A stretch of DNA of 64,000 nucleotides. It comes from Tubiluchus corallicola (taxonomy: Eukaryota > Animalia > Priapulida). The notes under the pieces are model-generated. The model was not told where the DNA came from and ran no database searches. It saw only the letters and a list, made by a program, of their open reading frames with translations. A program made the position numbers and the translations under genes. This document shows, one piece after another, positions 21,957 through 35,374 of the stretch. How positions within the stretch are numbered: position 1 is the stretch's first letter; every line of letters starts with the position of its first letter. Location: contig JAQGDQ010000134.1 in assembly GCA_030141605.1 (NCBI GenBank), positions 266,978-330,977 on the forward strand, written 5' to 3'.

Positions 21957-24111
21957 ACTACTATACTACAGGACGTGCACGCTGAAATCTCTGATTCGGC
22001 TAGCGGAGGCGATCAATACTTGCATGAACGTAATCTATAAATAGTGCGCTTTAGAGAGTAGCGATCTTGGAAATTAAAGAATGGGCGGATCGGTAGATAG
22101 CGAGTATTATTTTTCATTTAATTGGTTCTTTACATTACGGGAGAAAAGTACCAATTGTTTATTTTATGTATCAAAGGAAATTAGTGTTCATTTTTACTTC
22201 TTAAATAGCGCACTACTTTAGGCGTAAGTGCGTCTTACCGGAAGTAGTGCTTTGTCATTGTTAATGTGTCTGCTTGTGTTTGTTTCTTTGTGGATTATTT
22301 TCAAAATTTCTGGTGGATTTTATACATCTGTGCTCAGCAGCATGCCTAACAAGTGTGGTGTTGTTAAATGCAAAGGTAACTATGACACGGAAAACAAGTG
22401 TCGTGTGTTCAGACTGCCAACAGATCATGTAGAAAAACAGAAATGGCTAAGTGTTCTTCCCCCCACGCGAAGGCTTTGTTGTTGATCCAACGAAATTTTT
22501 CATTTGCGAAAAGCATTGGCCATCGGATACTCAAATGGTCAAAATTCCAGGTGATCACACCAGGCCAGTGGATCCACCCAGTATTTTCAACGTTCCAACA
22601 TCATGCTTGCCCACTCCAAAGCCACCACCTCGCCCTCCAAAAACTGAGGACCAGCAGCTGAATTATTTCTTTAAAAAGGATAAAATAACTTCTCTCAATG
22701 AATTCACTCCTGAGAAAGACCTGCATAAGACGTATCAGAACCTCATTATATCTCGCACACAAGACAAATTTGTGTGCATGTTCATGGAAGAGGACCACAG
22801 TCAATGTTATATGTCAATTATTGTTCACAGTAAGCCTACCTTGTGTTCCCCTCTTACTCTGTATGCTTTCAAAAACGGGATCAGTGTGCCATTAAGTAAA
22901 ATCCTCAGTCCGAACAATGGGCTGTCCTCTTACTCACAATTTTTCGCGGTTGTGAATTCTGTTGTCAACCACATTCATCATGTTGATGATATTGTCAACA
23001 AAGTGACAAAGTCTCTTGAACTTGAACTAGCTCAAAATCGAGAACAATCTCCTAGTGTTAATGCTAAAGCCAAGAAGCTCAAATTTCTAACACCAGCTTC
23101 GACTATTATGTGATAAGACTTTCACAGTGTCTGATTATTGCTTTGCAATAGAGTCATTTCCCCATTGCAATTACGAACGGCGCGTTTCTCTGCATCATTC
23201 CTGGAGTTTGTGGACACAGACACATCATCCGAAAGCCAGTTGCACACATGCAATGGGATTGATTTCGAGGATGCCAAAATTATGGAGATTTGTGTTGACG
23301 AGACTCTTTCTAAAACTGAACTGAACGCGTGTGCATATGTCGCAGGTTGGTTGGAGAGTAAGTGCCAAAATGACATTTCTTTTCCCGAGGATGAACCTCT
23401 CCTTTCTGAGGAAATGAAAATGTTCATTGAAGAAGTGTCTAGGGGAGGTCTTACAGTGCCCCACACATTCACGTTCGAATTCGTAACAACTGGCTTGTGT
23501 TTTGTGAAGAAGTCAACTCACACAGTCTGCTGCCGCAACAAGCTCATGAACATCCTCTCCATAATCAATGCCTACTTTGATTTTGGCGAATTTTCAAGAA
23601 ATGCTCTGAGACGCCTGGCGAATGTACTGCTGCATGGACTACACAATTTGGAGAAGGATCACCAGCAGAACTCAGCCCTTTACCAGACCTCCATTAAGAA
23701 GGCGCGCCTAGCCGACTAATTGTCGCAAACATCTCTGCAAAATGGTGAGTGCAATAATTTCATGTATTCTAATTTACACAGAGGAACCTATGAATGAGTT
23801 TATATAGTCCTGACAAAATGGTGCAGTCTGTTTATTGCAACTCTCTTATTCTCTATAGAAAGTGACAGGTAATCTTCGGGACACAATGAGTTGCAGATAT
23901 GGTGTGTTTTTTTTGGGGGGGGGGATATCATAGGTACCACTGTTTTTAAATTACTAGATGAATGAGGAATATGTTCTATGTGTATTGTGGCATGCTATAG
24001 GTCACCATGGGGGGTAAATATGTCCAAATTATTAGCACTAAATGTTAAAAATAGATCGCCTCCGCTAGCCGAATCAGAGATTTCAGCGTGCACGTCCTGT
24101 AGTATAGTAGT
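21957..24111 (+). mobile_element. Internally deleted, non-autonomous THAP/P-element-like DNA transposon with 58-bp TIRs
   Basis: 21957-22014 is the exact reverse complement of 24054-24111; encloses a frameshifted THAP-transposase remnant. Confidence 0.88.
22342..23719 (+). pseudogene. P-element/THAP9-like transposase pseudogene (THAP domain and C-terminal region, catalytic core absent)
   Basis: MPNKCGVVKC...FRLP...KW...ICEKHW...P = C2CH THAP finger, split by a frameshift in the C-run at about 22459-22464; a second frameshift near 23092; then joins near 23180 to YVAGWL...SRGGLTVP...CC, typical of P-type transposase C-termini. Too short to hold the RNase H core. Confidence 0.8.
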
Positions 24112-24363
24112 CCTTGGTACAGCCGCTTATCATACAAGTACAAACAGTATGTACAAGTGTTACACTCTATTTGTAGTGTAAAAGTAGTTAACATTAAATA
24201 CAATCTAACCATTAGATAAATATGCATATATAAGTTAATACCACAATTTTATCTATCAATTTATCTAACAATATCTATATTTGCATAACAATTTGGCATT
24301 CCTATTTTGACAAAATAATTTATAAAGTTTCTTACATTAAACTAGCCAGAAAATCGTCCTTTG

Positions 24364-24680
24364 CTAAAATTGATAAATGCTTTTAAAACGTCTGTATTGC
24401 GTTCGCCTATGAGTTATATTTAATGTTGGTAATTTATCTGTTAAGGCATTTCTTCTGGTTGTATCGACTAGATGGCATTCACAGAATAAATGATGCGGAG
24501 TTTGCCTACCATTTATACACTCGCATATGCCAGTATCTGCATATCCAATATATATAGCGTAAGAAAGCGTAAACATGAATTTGGAAATTGGATGTGTATT
24601 GCTACATACGTAAATTTGTTGCCATTGTTCGACTAAACTGCAGTGACCAACACATGGTCTACTCATTTAGTTGCGTAACG
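24364..24680 (-). mobile_element. LINE ORF2 3' remnant with C-terminal zinc knuckle (I-group-like)
   Basis: RPCVGHCSL...GYADTGICECINGRQTPHHLFCEC resembles the RLRxGH...CxC-x7-8-H-x4-C tail of I/Nimb/Loa-type elements. Confidence 0.55.
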
Positions 24681-25399
24681 GGAAATTGCGTGATAATTTT
24701 GAAAAAATTACATTCTCTCTAGGGCACGCTTATTTTTAGGGCAAGTAATCGTACTTCTACCTGCAACTGCTTTATTGTTATAAGCGGCTGTAATTTATAG
24801 TCACATTAAAGTAATTGGAAAGTAATTGTTGCTTTTATCGTAAAGAATCCCGTGCGCATAGCTCATACTTTACGCTTTTATAAACAACTTTGAAACTCAC
24901 TCGACACTCTAGGAGTAATTTAGGATTAAACTAAAACTCAACTGAAACTAAAAAAATTATTTTACTTCTACTTTGTGAAAATCCGGCAAAAATTTCGATA
25001 TTTTTTCATTCATTTTGAAACCTAATGGTGCGTTTTAGTTCTATTAATTAATAAAATTGCCACGTGACCTATCAATTGTTCTTGTTGTTGTCAGGATAAA
25101 AGTATCTGATTCACCTTCAGTTTAAGTTGTAACTTATAAGTAGTTTTCTTTCGTCTATGCGCTTCTGCGTATAAATGTGTGTAGAGCCGTCACAGAAGTC
25201 AACTCTCGCAGTGAGTGGGATGAATGGATGATGTGCAGTTGGGCACCCACTCTCGCGTGGATCATAGACCACCTCTACAGAGGCGGAAGTAACCTTGACG
25301 ATCTTCGCTGATGCTTGGACTAGCAATTAGTACTTCTAAATTACTAATGATTGAAGACGGTGCAAAGACAACTTAAAAGCTTTAAATAAAAAAGCAGAG

Positions 25400-25959
25400 A
25401 TGTTGTATGTGCAGATGATACCAACGATGATTAGACTGGTGCTGATGAGCTTTTTGCTTTTTCTAGTGTTGACTTGTGTTAGCAGTTTACCTGTCTCTTA
25501 TCCAGTATTAGTTGTTTCCCAGTGGCAAGGTAAGTGCAGTGAACTACAGTAGAGTATAAGTGGTTCAGTAATATGACTGCATTAGAAGCGAAGTCATTAT
25601 TTGCACAATTCTTTGCATGTATCTGTAGACAAAAGGCAGCGCCACATGGCTGGCCGCAAAGTAAAGTGACATCGATCCTGGGTAAAAATGGATGGGTGGC
25701 CCGCTAACAAAAACTTGCACTCGACGCTTTCATTTGCCGTTCAACGCTGAATATTTTTCTTGTTGACTGAGATTAATATGTATCGAACCTTGGTTAGGAT
25801 ACCTCTGCCAGTTGTGTCTCATTTCAAAATACTATCCTCAGTAATTAATTCGGTTCCGATCTTGCCATAAATAACAGAATCAGTAAACGCTGCTTTACCT
25901 GTTGGATACATTGCTTGCAGTATTCATGAAAATATGAACCTCGTGTTTGAAATAAAATA

Positions 25960-26050
<91 letters not shown>

Positions 26051-26055
26051 GACTT

Positions 26056-26089
<34 letters not shown>

Positions 26090-29000
26090 TGACTGACTGA
26101 CTGACTGACTGACTGACTGACTGACTGACTGACTGACTGACTTACTTACTTACTTACTTACTGACTTACTGACTTACTTACTTAAAAAAGGAGTTTCACT
26201 CCTTTTCGGCGATCATATGTGTTTATTTAAGTCGTTTTATAAGTGTTTCGGCTCTAATCTAATGTTTAGGAACTAATTTAGCTCTAATGTTTAGGTGCCT
26301 TATTCAACTCGGGCTTATTGTTTGAACTTGAAATGAAGCCCGCGTCTGTAAATGGATGGGTGATAAACGAGAATGAAACGGCTTTAACTTTGTAGACATG
26401 TTTGTTTTCTGCATTCTAACAACAATAACACAGGCGAGCTCAAGAGATAAAGTGAATTGTAAAATGATTTTTTATTAAAATGTTTTATGATATTTCCAAC
26501 GAATATATTATGAAAATTTCGTGAAAAAATGAAATAAAACAAAATCATTTTACCTCCTCCCTTTTACTTTATCCTGTTCACTTTGTCTCTTGAGTCGTAT
26601 ACCTTATCGTTGTTAAAATGCTTTGAAGTTCAGAAACTCAAATTTTAAAACTTAAGATCAAATATCTTAGCTCCTAGAACTCAGAGATCTTTAGATATTA
26701 GGACCCAAACATCTTTAGATTCCAGAAGTCAGATATCTTCACTGAATGAAAACGCATTTTTGAACAAAGCAATATTCTGAGTCAAACCATGAATGAACGA
26801 GTGAACTATGCAGGAATGAATGAACTAAATATAGGCGCGCAAAGTTTTTACAATGACTGCATAATTGTGCACTTTCCCTCTAGGGAGAGTTTCTCGCGCG
26901 TCATCAAAATCATTCCGAATACTAAGCGAGCTTTATGAGGGAAAAATCAGCTAGTTCTGTGTAGATCATTCCTGCGGGACGCGTGGGAAGATGTATACAG
27001 TCAAGTGCACTATAGAGAACGACGCACATTTTACAGCGATAACAAAAATGTTTCCAAAAAATATCAAAGCGAAACAGTAACAGAATGAAAGTGCTTTTGA
27101 TGGGATGTATAAAAGATAAAAGCAGCATTAATTAAAACAAAAAATTACGAACGACACTTTCACTCATACACTGTTGAGAAACGATTACATAATAGAAGGA
27201 TTACACATAAAAATTTACACTCGAAAGGTGAGGTCTTTACTACGGTGCATAGCTATTGAGTAGGGAACAATTATTGCTGATAATCTGAGCTTAGAGCGGC
27301 AGACAGTGACGAAATCCCTGCGTTGCAAATAGGAAACCAGTAACTGAAGCCAGATAATATGATAACAAACCAGATATGAACCTACAAAAAGCCCTTGGGT
27401 ACTGTAAATTTTCGTTAGAAGTCTGAGTGCTTCAGTTTTATACTACATATTTCAGCTCCCGTCCAACGGGTTTTGTAGCTCCACAAAATGGAAAACTTTG
27501 ATCATTAACATTGATCATTAATTGGTAAGTAGCACTTCTTAATAGCCTCGTAGTGGTAAAATAAAATATTCCTTATTTCTTTCTTTCTAATCACTCTCCA
27601 TTTTTGGCTTTTTGTTCGAGTCTTGCGGCTGTGTGTAGCAGCTTAACGTTGTCTGATTGATCGTATACTTCTAGATGTAAAATTTCTTTACTGAGTAACA
27701 AGAATTCAATAAGATGCAGTAGCTTGGCCTCTATTTCATTCGTTTTGACCCGTCTCTTCATCTCAAAATGCCATCATTTGCATATTTTTGGAATATCCAG
27801 TGGGCCATTTTCAACATCTTAAAATTTTGTTCGGGCCAAAAAGTTGGTTTTGTTTGTCAAGTCCTTGTGAGAGAAATGACTGATTTTTAGCACTTGGGCT
27901 TATTAGCAATTAATCAATTAGCATTTAATTTTGCAGTTTGTAAAAAAAATACCGATGCGTTTGACGCACATATGGCGTCGTCAAGTATGACGTCAGACCT
28001 TTTGCTCCGAGACACGTGAATAAACCAACTCGTGAGATACCATTTCCCGAGCGTCTTCTCCCGACTTTTAAGCTTCAATAAGTGTAGGGTAATTACATAA
28101 TAAGATATCTACTACATTTGTATTCTACTCTCCTGTCTCCAGCGGTATCAAGATGACGTCAGAATCATTTGCGTAGGACGTTACCTTCTTCCCCTAGCCA
28201 TTTGTTTGTAAGGCGATTATGCTAAATATCACTGCATAATGACTACAGGTCACTTAATCCAAATGATATTTATAAGCGTCTACAGAGACTGTTGAAGTCG
28301 TGGATAATAAACATCGTTCACGTGCTGGGTGATTCTTTAATAGGTCAGATAGTCGCGTAATCAGTGTGACGCATCTTCGAAAAGGGCGACCGTGGCACCA
28401 TCTATGATAGTTACTAAGTTGCTATACATTATACTTAGCAAGAAAACTGCCATAACTGGAACCATTTCTGCAGACATGTCAGTAGAACAGATGTTAGTAG
28501 ACGGTGTTGGTAGGTGTCTTTTTTTACAAAAAAGGTCTCTTAGTAAAATAACAAGGTGTATTTGCTTAAAATTTCTTCATTTCCAACTTGCAGACTAGAT
28601 CGCAAACTGTGAAATAAAAACAATTACACAGACAGAAATAGACTTAAAACTACTCCAATGGGCAACAACAAGAGCAGCAGCAGCAACAGCGCCAGCAGCA
28701 GTAGCAGTAGTCATACATGCAAAAGCGTTATTCTTACGTTTTCTGTACTAACAAGTCACATCATGCTTTTGAGGAGAACATCAATGGATTAACATAATAT
28801 TCAATGGCAATCTGTAAAGCGCCCACGTGTTCTTATCCAGTTTCTATATAAAATATTGGCTGTAAGTTGCTACTACTCTTCGAAATTAATGGTGGCCTAT
28901 GCAGGTGAATAATGCTGGTATGCAGATTAAATAAAATTAAAACGCGGTTTTACATTAAATACCCCAATTAACTGGGAGCAATGAAGAGTGCACAGTCACC

Positions 29001-31145
29001 GTAGTCACTACTTCAGTAACGGAAGCAAATCGTGAAACCCAGAAACAGCAAATGCATACTACTCTTAGTGGTTAGAATTTGCGGCACCGTATTACTTATT
29101 AGCTAGGTTTTAGCTTAGTCTTGTTATGTGAAAGAAGCTTTTTATAGACATGTTCTCTATTTTCTGCATGTGGCGTTGTCATGCCTGCTCTAGACTTTCG
29201 CGTCTCAATCCTCACTTTGTAGTTGGATCACTTTGTTCTTGGATTAACTGGATTTTTTATTATTCTTTGCTTTTACTTGTATGTTGTTGACGTTTTTACA
29301 CATTTTACACATATTCAGAACGCGTTATTTTGACGTGTTCAGAACGAATTATTGTAGTACTTTATCGCTGGGCTATTGAAATTATAACGTCTTCCATAAC
29401 GGTTGATTCTGTACAGACAAAGATACGTCAAAACTCAAAATGTCAGGGGTCGAATAAAACTATGTCCTGGGTTCGGTAGCCAAGTGGTCCAGACTCAGAT
29501 TCCAGATACCCTTAGTGGGTGCAGTCTTGGATTCGAGACCGACAACTCATATTCTCTAGTCTCTACATGTTATTCGTTACGTGCTGCGTCCTTACTGTAT
29601 TGTTGCTAAACACCCGGCTATTTAGCGACAATGCAGTAAGGATGCAGTAATTAACGAATAACATGTAGAGACTAAAGAATGTGAGTTGCCGGTCTCGAAT
29701 ATGGTCTGTTAACTTCATTGTTCTCTATTTCTACGTTATAATGAAAATGTTATACTGTTATAGTGTTATACATAAAATGGACTGTTAGAAGAATAAAATT
29801 AGTAAGTTCAAATAATTAAAATGCGCTCCTATTTTTTTACATACTTATAGTTACTTCATCATTAATCACATGCTAAGTTACATTGTTATTTTATTATCAG
29901 GTCATACAAGTATCGTGTGAACTACTGTTGTTACAAGATTAAGATATTCTGCCACCTTAAAGCCACAGCTCTTACTATTATTAAAAGGAAAAACAGAGGC
30001 AGGTGATGACTGTCGAGATAATAAGGGCTGGATTTCTGCATAAAGAGGCATCCTGCTCTGATGATTCGCTGGTCGCCTAGCAGCAAAATGACCTACAGAA
30101 TAAGCTACTGCATTACGCTAGAAATCACAAAATTCATCATTACGTAATTGCATTCTCTCCCCCATTTTTTTATTATTTGGAAAGGATATTTCGAGTCCTA
30201 AATAAAGTATTGTCACACTTTCATTAATAGAAAATTAAAGAGTCTATGGTACTCAAAAGCTAATTTTCAAGAGGGTTTGGCCTTAAAACGCGAATTCGGA
30301 CAAAATTTTGGATGTGCTACCTTCAGCGGCGCATCCACAATTATTTACGTTACAAAAATTACTTCAAAAACGCTGTGAGGACTCCAGATGATGTCACATA
30401 AATGTATGGAACTCAAGAAAGTGAAGCTAAATACATGCAGATGTCCATGATAAATTTAACCTACAACTCCGTAAAGCCCAAAACTCAGTATTTTTGTGCA
30501 TCATTCGAGCACTCATCCCATTTGTGATTCATGGTTTATTTCCTTAAGGAACCATAACTTCGCAAGAATTCAAGTAAAAGCGCTTTAAAATGTCAGTCTA
30601 TACATACCAAAGCACACAAGTGCGCAATTGGAGAGCTATACGTGAGTGGAAACGCTTGAGTGTTAAGTGCTCGTGGAAATTCACTTTTAGTACATTTATA
30701 ATCTGTCAAATGATGCTGATTAGTTTGTTTCATTGAGTGATTAAACTTAGTAGCTCTTATTTCCTAAATATGAAGTATTTTGCAGTACACTGCTAGAAGG
30801 CAAAAATTAAATTACAAATTACTAGTAGTGGCACTTAAATACTTATATTAAACTCAAATTGTACAATTAAAAAGCAGTCGCAATTGCAAGAGGACCTCAA
30901 CAGTGAAGCCCTATCCGGAATTACCATTTGTTAAATACATCGAGTGGTATAGCCCAATGGTAGCATGCTCGCTTACCACACGGGAGGTTGCGCGTTCAAC
31001 TCCCGACCTAGTCATGCCAAACACTTAAAAATGATACTGCTGGTTACTTTATCGAAGCAACTTGCAGGTAATAATAACTGGGACCACCTTGGAAATAAGC
31101 ACTGAGTTACTTAATGTGTTATCCTGGGACTATGTCCAAATGCAA

Positions 31146-31184
<39 letters not shown>

Positions 31185-32377
31185 ACTTATTATTAGCAAA
31201 CCACCCACCTCGTAAACGTGAGCTTCACATTCAAATGAGAAATCCAGACGAAGAGTCATTGGCTATTGAAGTACATACTGACATAAGTCATACTTTAACA
31301 AATTAACATATTATAACTGGTTCTTGGTGAGTCCAAAACTTGCTCTAAGTTTGTACGATCAACAACACATTAAGTGGTGTTAATTCTACCTCCATATCAA
31401 CAACAGTAGGTGTCGTCGTCATATTAACAGTGATGATGTGGCGTTTAAATTCTGAACGACGCCATAAGTGATCTTAAGCGACGGCATCATTCACAATTAA
31501 TTTAATTTTGAAATCAAACTCGCAAAACAGAAAATGTGAAAAAGTTATAACACAATTTGGATTTAAACCAGGGACTGTTCGGCACACCAGGCGGCAACCA
31601 TAACCACTAGACTGCCATGTCCGCCAGCAGTCATTACAGTCCAAAGTTCATCCACAATCAAATAATTAACAGGCCAATTATAAGTATTGTGGCAGTAATC
31701 TGCATGATGATTTTTTCCAGCCTGTCCGAGAGCTGAGGATGGCAAGAATGAATATTTCTGTCCATCACCCGATGACAGGGGCAACTGGCAATGTATCGAC
31801 GATCATCAGTTATGCGATGGTAAATTTGACTGTCCAGGCAGAGAAGACGAATCCAATACACAATGTTTATTTTATAAAGTAGTAAGTTGATTAAGTGCAT
31901 TTTATGTAATATGCTAAAAAGAAGACCAAGTAAATAAAGACCTGTTTAGTAATTTGATTGGTGACCAAAGAGAACAATGCTTCCGGATGGTTACATTTGC
32001 CGTACTTCCTTCAGCCATTCCCTCATTAAGCCTGGATTTGAACCAAGGACTTATAGATCACAAATTCCATGTCTTGGCCATTACACTACTCAGGCTCAGT
32101 GATAAGACCAGGTATAAATAATGCAATCCTTATAACTCACCAATAATGCAACATTTCCAAGTAACTATTTATTCACCCTAGATAAGTACCAACTAATTAT
32201 ACTCATATTTTTAGTTAATTTACAACCTGAAAATATGGTGGTGGTCATATAATTAATCATTTATACTGCTTTCTGTTCTTGTTTTAGGTGCAGTCACAGA
32301 TTGCGGTTTTAGCTGAAAACTTGATACACATAAACGCACATCTAGAAGAAGCAGTTATTGTAAGTTTAGAAAAGTAG
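25400..32377 (+). CDS. jeb: Jelly belly / HEN-1-like secreted LDLa-domain protein (putative ALK ligand), at least 3 coding exons, about 120-140 aa
   Basis: Exon 25400(or 25415/25427)-25529 encodes signal-like MIRLVLMSFLLFLVLTCVSSLP with phase-1 GTAAGT donor; exon 31721-31881 (phase-1 acceptor) encodes ACPRAEDGKNEYFCPSPDDRGNWQCIDDHQLCDGKFDCPGREDESNTQCLFYKV; exon 32288-32377 encodes VQSQIAVLAENLIHINAHLEEAVIVSLEK*. Matches the recalled Jeb C-terminus pattern CPxPDxxGxxxCIDDHxLCDGxxDCPxxEDExxxxCxFYK followed by a helix with VLAxxL. A possible extra 36-nt exon lies at 28474-28509. Linkage of exon 1 is inferred. Confidence 0.82.
25960..26183. repeat. Compound tetranucleotide microsatellite (ACTT)n-(ACTG)n-(ACTT)n
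   Basis: Seen directly, in intron 1 of the jeb-like gene. Confidence 0.95.
26411..26621. mobile_element. Degenerate foldback/MITE-like inverted repeat
   Basis: GCATTCTAACAACAATAA...CTCAAGAGATAAAGTGAA pairs imperfectly with TTCACTTTGTCTCTTGAG...TTATCGTTGTTAAAATGC; inner GTAAAATGATTTT pairs with AAAATCATTTTAC. Confidence 0.55.
29531..29700. repeat. Long inverted repeat (80-bp arms, 10-nt loop)
   Basis: ATTCGAGACC...TTGCTAAA (29531-29610) is about 89% identical to the reverse complement of TTTAGCGAC...GGTCTCGAAT (29621-29700). Confidence 0.9.
30941..31184 (+). mobile_element. tRNA-derived SINE
   Basis: A-box TAGCCCAATGG, B-box GTTCAACTCC, body GTCATGCCAAACACTTAAAAATGATACT resembling common invertebrate SINE cores, ending in a (TTG)n tail; no intact acceptor stem. 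Confidence 0.65.
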
Positions 32378-35374
32378 GAAGATGGAACTAATACACTACA
32401 AATAGTGAATGCTAAGAACAACAAGTTAGCTGCATTCTACCAATCACTTAATAAGTTTCAAGAAGAGGAAGAATACAAACATATTGCCTATGATAACATG
32501 CGAAAAACTTGTATGACTGGCACAATATCTATTACCGTCTTCAAAGCTTGGTGGCACTACAATCGCTTATCACAGAGCTAGACGAAGGCCTTACTTTGAG
32601 AAATGCCTCACTAACCTCTCCATGTCCATTCCAGGCTTAATTTGCAATGTTTCGCTAATTGTTTTAAAACTATTGCTTCGTTTACCGCGTTTATGTGCCC
32701 GTATAGCTGAAGTGGGATCTAGTAAACTCCAAAGAATCCGGAATTGAAGGAAACGGTAGCTGCTTAGCGAAGCCATTTCGTAAGCTGCATGGCATAGCGG
32801 CATAAACAAAAAAACTAACTTTGTGTACGGTGTTATTTGATTGCTTTCAATTGACTAAACCAATTGACTTTGAGGAGAGGAGAGCTCATCTGTTGAGAGC
32901 CGTTGTGAGCGATTACCAGGAGCAGGTAAACTTTTCAGTGGATACATGTTTTGTGCTCAACTCTATTTCCACTGCAAAGTGACGCGTTCGGCATAACCCG
33001 GCTCTTTTTAGTCCCTTTCGCTCCTCTAGTGCCCAAGCCTACTGGTGTGCCTATTTTGACTGACTGCGTGGCTTCATTTTCCACTGTGTCACAGAAAGTG
33101 CTGATGTGATCAATCAACAATTCGAAATGAAAAACATTTTATAGGGTCACATGCTGACCGCCAGGCTGCTAAATCGCACAAGTGTAGTTTTGCTCATCTA
33201 CCTCGACCCGGCTTTCTGTACTGTAACGTTTTCATTACAAAAAAGGATGTCCTGGATATTTCGATTTTTTGACATCAGACCCCCATGTGGTCAAAGAAAG
33301 GAAGGGCGGGTCTTTTCCCCCTTTGGTAGCCTTTACACTAGATACGGATTCCTAGATGCTGAACGTGTTCTCGACTTTCTAACTAGTATAAACGGGTTTA
33401 TATTCTAGCTTCTATTCACTGGAATATAGTTATTACAGTACTAGTAATACCTTATGTTCACCTACGCCTGCGGCTGTCATCAACTGAAGAAGGTGCAATG
33501 AGCCTTTTCACAGTTCCTGCGATAGATGATAATCGTGAAAACGTCAAAGGTTAGAAACTTATCTGGTTCATTTTTTCTTGTTCCCAAACAAGATGCTGCC
33601 AGTAAATTACTCTTCGCACAGACTAATGCATAATTAAGTAAAGCCCGCGTAAAACAACTGAAGTTACTGAACTGAACGCGGCAAACGCGTTTGCTTTACC
33701 CACATGCCAGGCGACGGTTGTAGTTAAGAATGTGAAATTCACTTAACCTTTGACCTACAACAACTGCGCCTGAGCACAACGAAACCGTGAAAAGGCTTAT
33801 TCCAAACCTTTGCTTTCATTTATGCTTGTGCTGTAAAATGTTCAACTTGAAAGGCTTCGCAAGTCATCTAGAGAATAGCACAACCTAAGGCAAAACAGGT
33901 ATAGGAAGAACTCTTTCAAATGCTTGCACATCCCTTGATAGAATACCTACATTATTTTCTACTAATACGTATAAAAAAATCTGTGCTATGTTTAATAAAA
34001 TGAGATTTGTTTGAATGTGACGAGCGTTGGACAAAGCAGGCTTACTTTCGGGGCCCGCTAAAAGCACTCTTTTTACGACAGTTCAAATGTTTCTGCCAAA
34101 TTAAAGCATCGCTTTGTACTTGGAAGCAGATTTTTATAACCAGAATACAAGTTTGATAAGGTCACATTGAAGTGATACATTAAAGCAGGATTAAATCAAG
34201 AGGCTGTATTACTAGACTATGTACACCGCCACCTAGTAAAAGTGAATATTATAACTGATGGCAATGTTTGGCCTTAGTGAAGTTTTAAACTGTGAACATT
34301 GACAGTTGACGACCCCTGTTGTCTTCTAGATGGGTAAGTTCTCTCATATTCAATAAAAATGGCGGATAAAAGTAGCTATCATTTATTTATGCTTACACTT
34401 TTGTAAATTCTTTTTAATTACGCAGTTTGATTTCTTACCCTCAACCTGCAGGGTACTTTTCATGTCAAAACTTAAAAGGAAAATGCTTCACATGGAATAT
34501 GTCAGCGATGCAGTTTTTGAGAAAGGCATTAATGGGTGGCAGTGATACTTATAAGTACGTCACTCTGTTATTTCCGCTCTAGTATCATTTAATAACAGCC
34601 TGTTGCTTTTATAATGATTATGATAATAAAAATTAGTAGAGAGCGTTTTAGTCCTATTGTACAATTGTACATGCATTCTAAACCACAGCTGATCATAGTT
34701 CCGAAACTATGTAATAGGAATTACAATGTACATAATAATTATATGTGCATTACTTGGAATTCAATACTTATGCAAAAGCATTTTTGTTATTGAACTAATA
34801 ATGACAATGACAATGGTAAATAAAGAGATCGATATTTGTTTATTTGTTTATCGTAAATTGATCATTTTGTTATGTTTACAAACCGAACACTTCCAAAGAT
34901 GATGTTGGCTACTAAATAAAGTTACGGAGTAATACAGGTATTGCGGTCATCATTATTCATTACCATCATCATCATCATCATCATCGTCATGATAATCGTC
35001 TTTATCATAGCCAATGTCATCATTATCGTCATAATCTCTGTTATCATTACCATAATCATCAGTCACATCAACATCAGAACCCTAGTCATTATTAATGTCA
35101 GCATCATCATCATTGTCGTCACATTTTTCTCAGCGATATTCCTAAACAGAAGAAGAGTTCTGTGCTACGGTGAGTAAAATTTTTTGGGGCAGTGGGTGAT
35201 CTTGAGTAAGTGCACCATGGTTCTCCTAGTTTGCAGACCAAAATTCCACGATTTCACAATCATTTATGCCAACAGGAATAGCAAACGAAATTCTAATAAA
35301 AATAAATTAAAGTGAGTAACATTGGAAAATTACTTTTCGATCATGAAACGGTCACAAATTTCGGTTCTGGTAAC

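Noticed and set aside
31721-31881. LDLa exon as prohormone-4/IDLSRF, an LDL-receptor fragment or part of the CDA-like gene
   Set aside because: The CPxPD...CIDDH...CxFYK pattern and following helix fit Jeb/HEN-1; the CDA-like gene already stops at 17173.
32017-32097. tRNA-like sequence on the minus strand (also 58480-58545 on plus)
   Set aside because: Only degenerate A/B boxes without a cloverleaf; probably decayed SINE heads.
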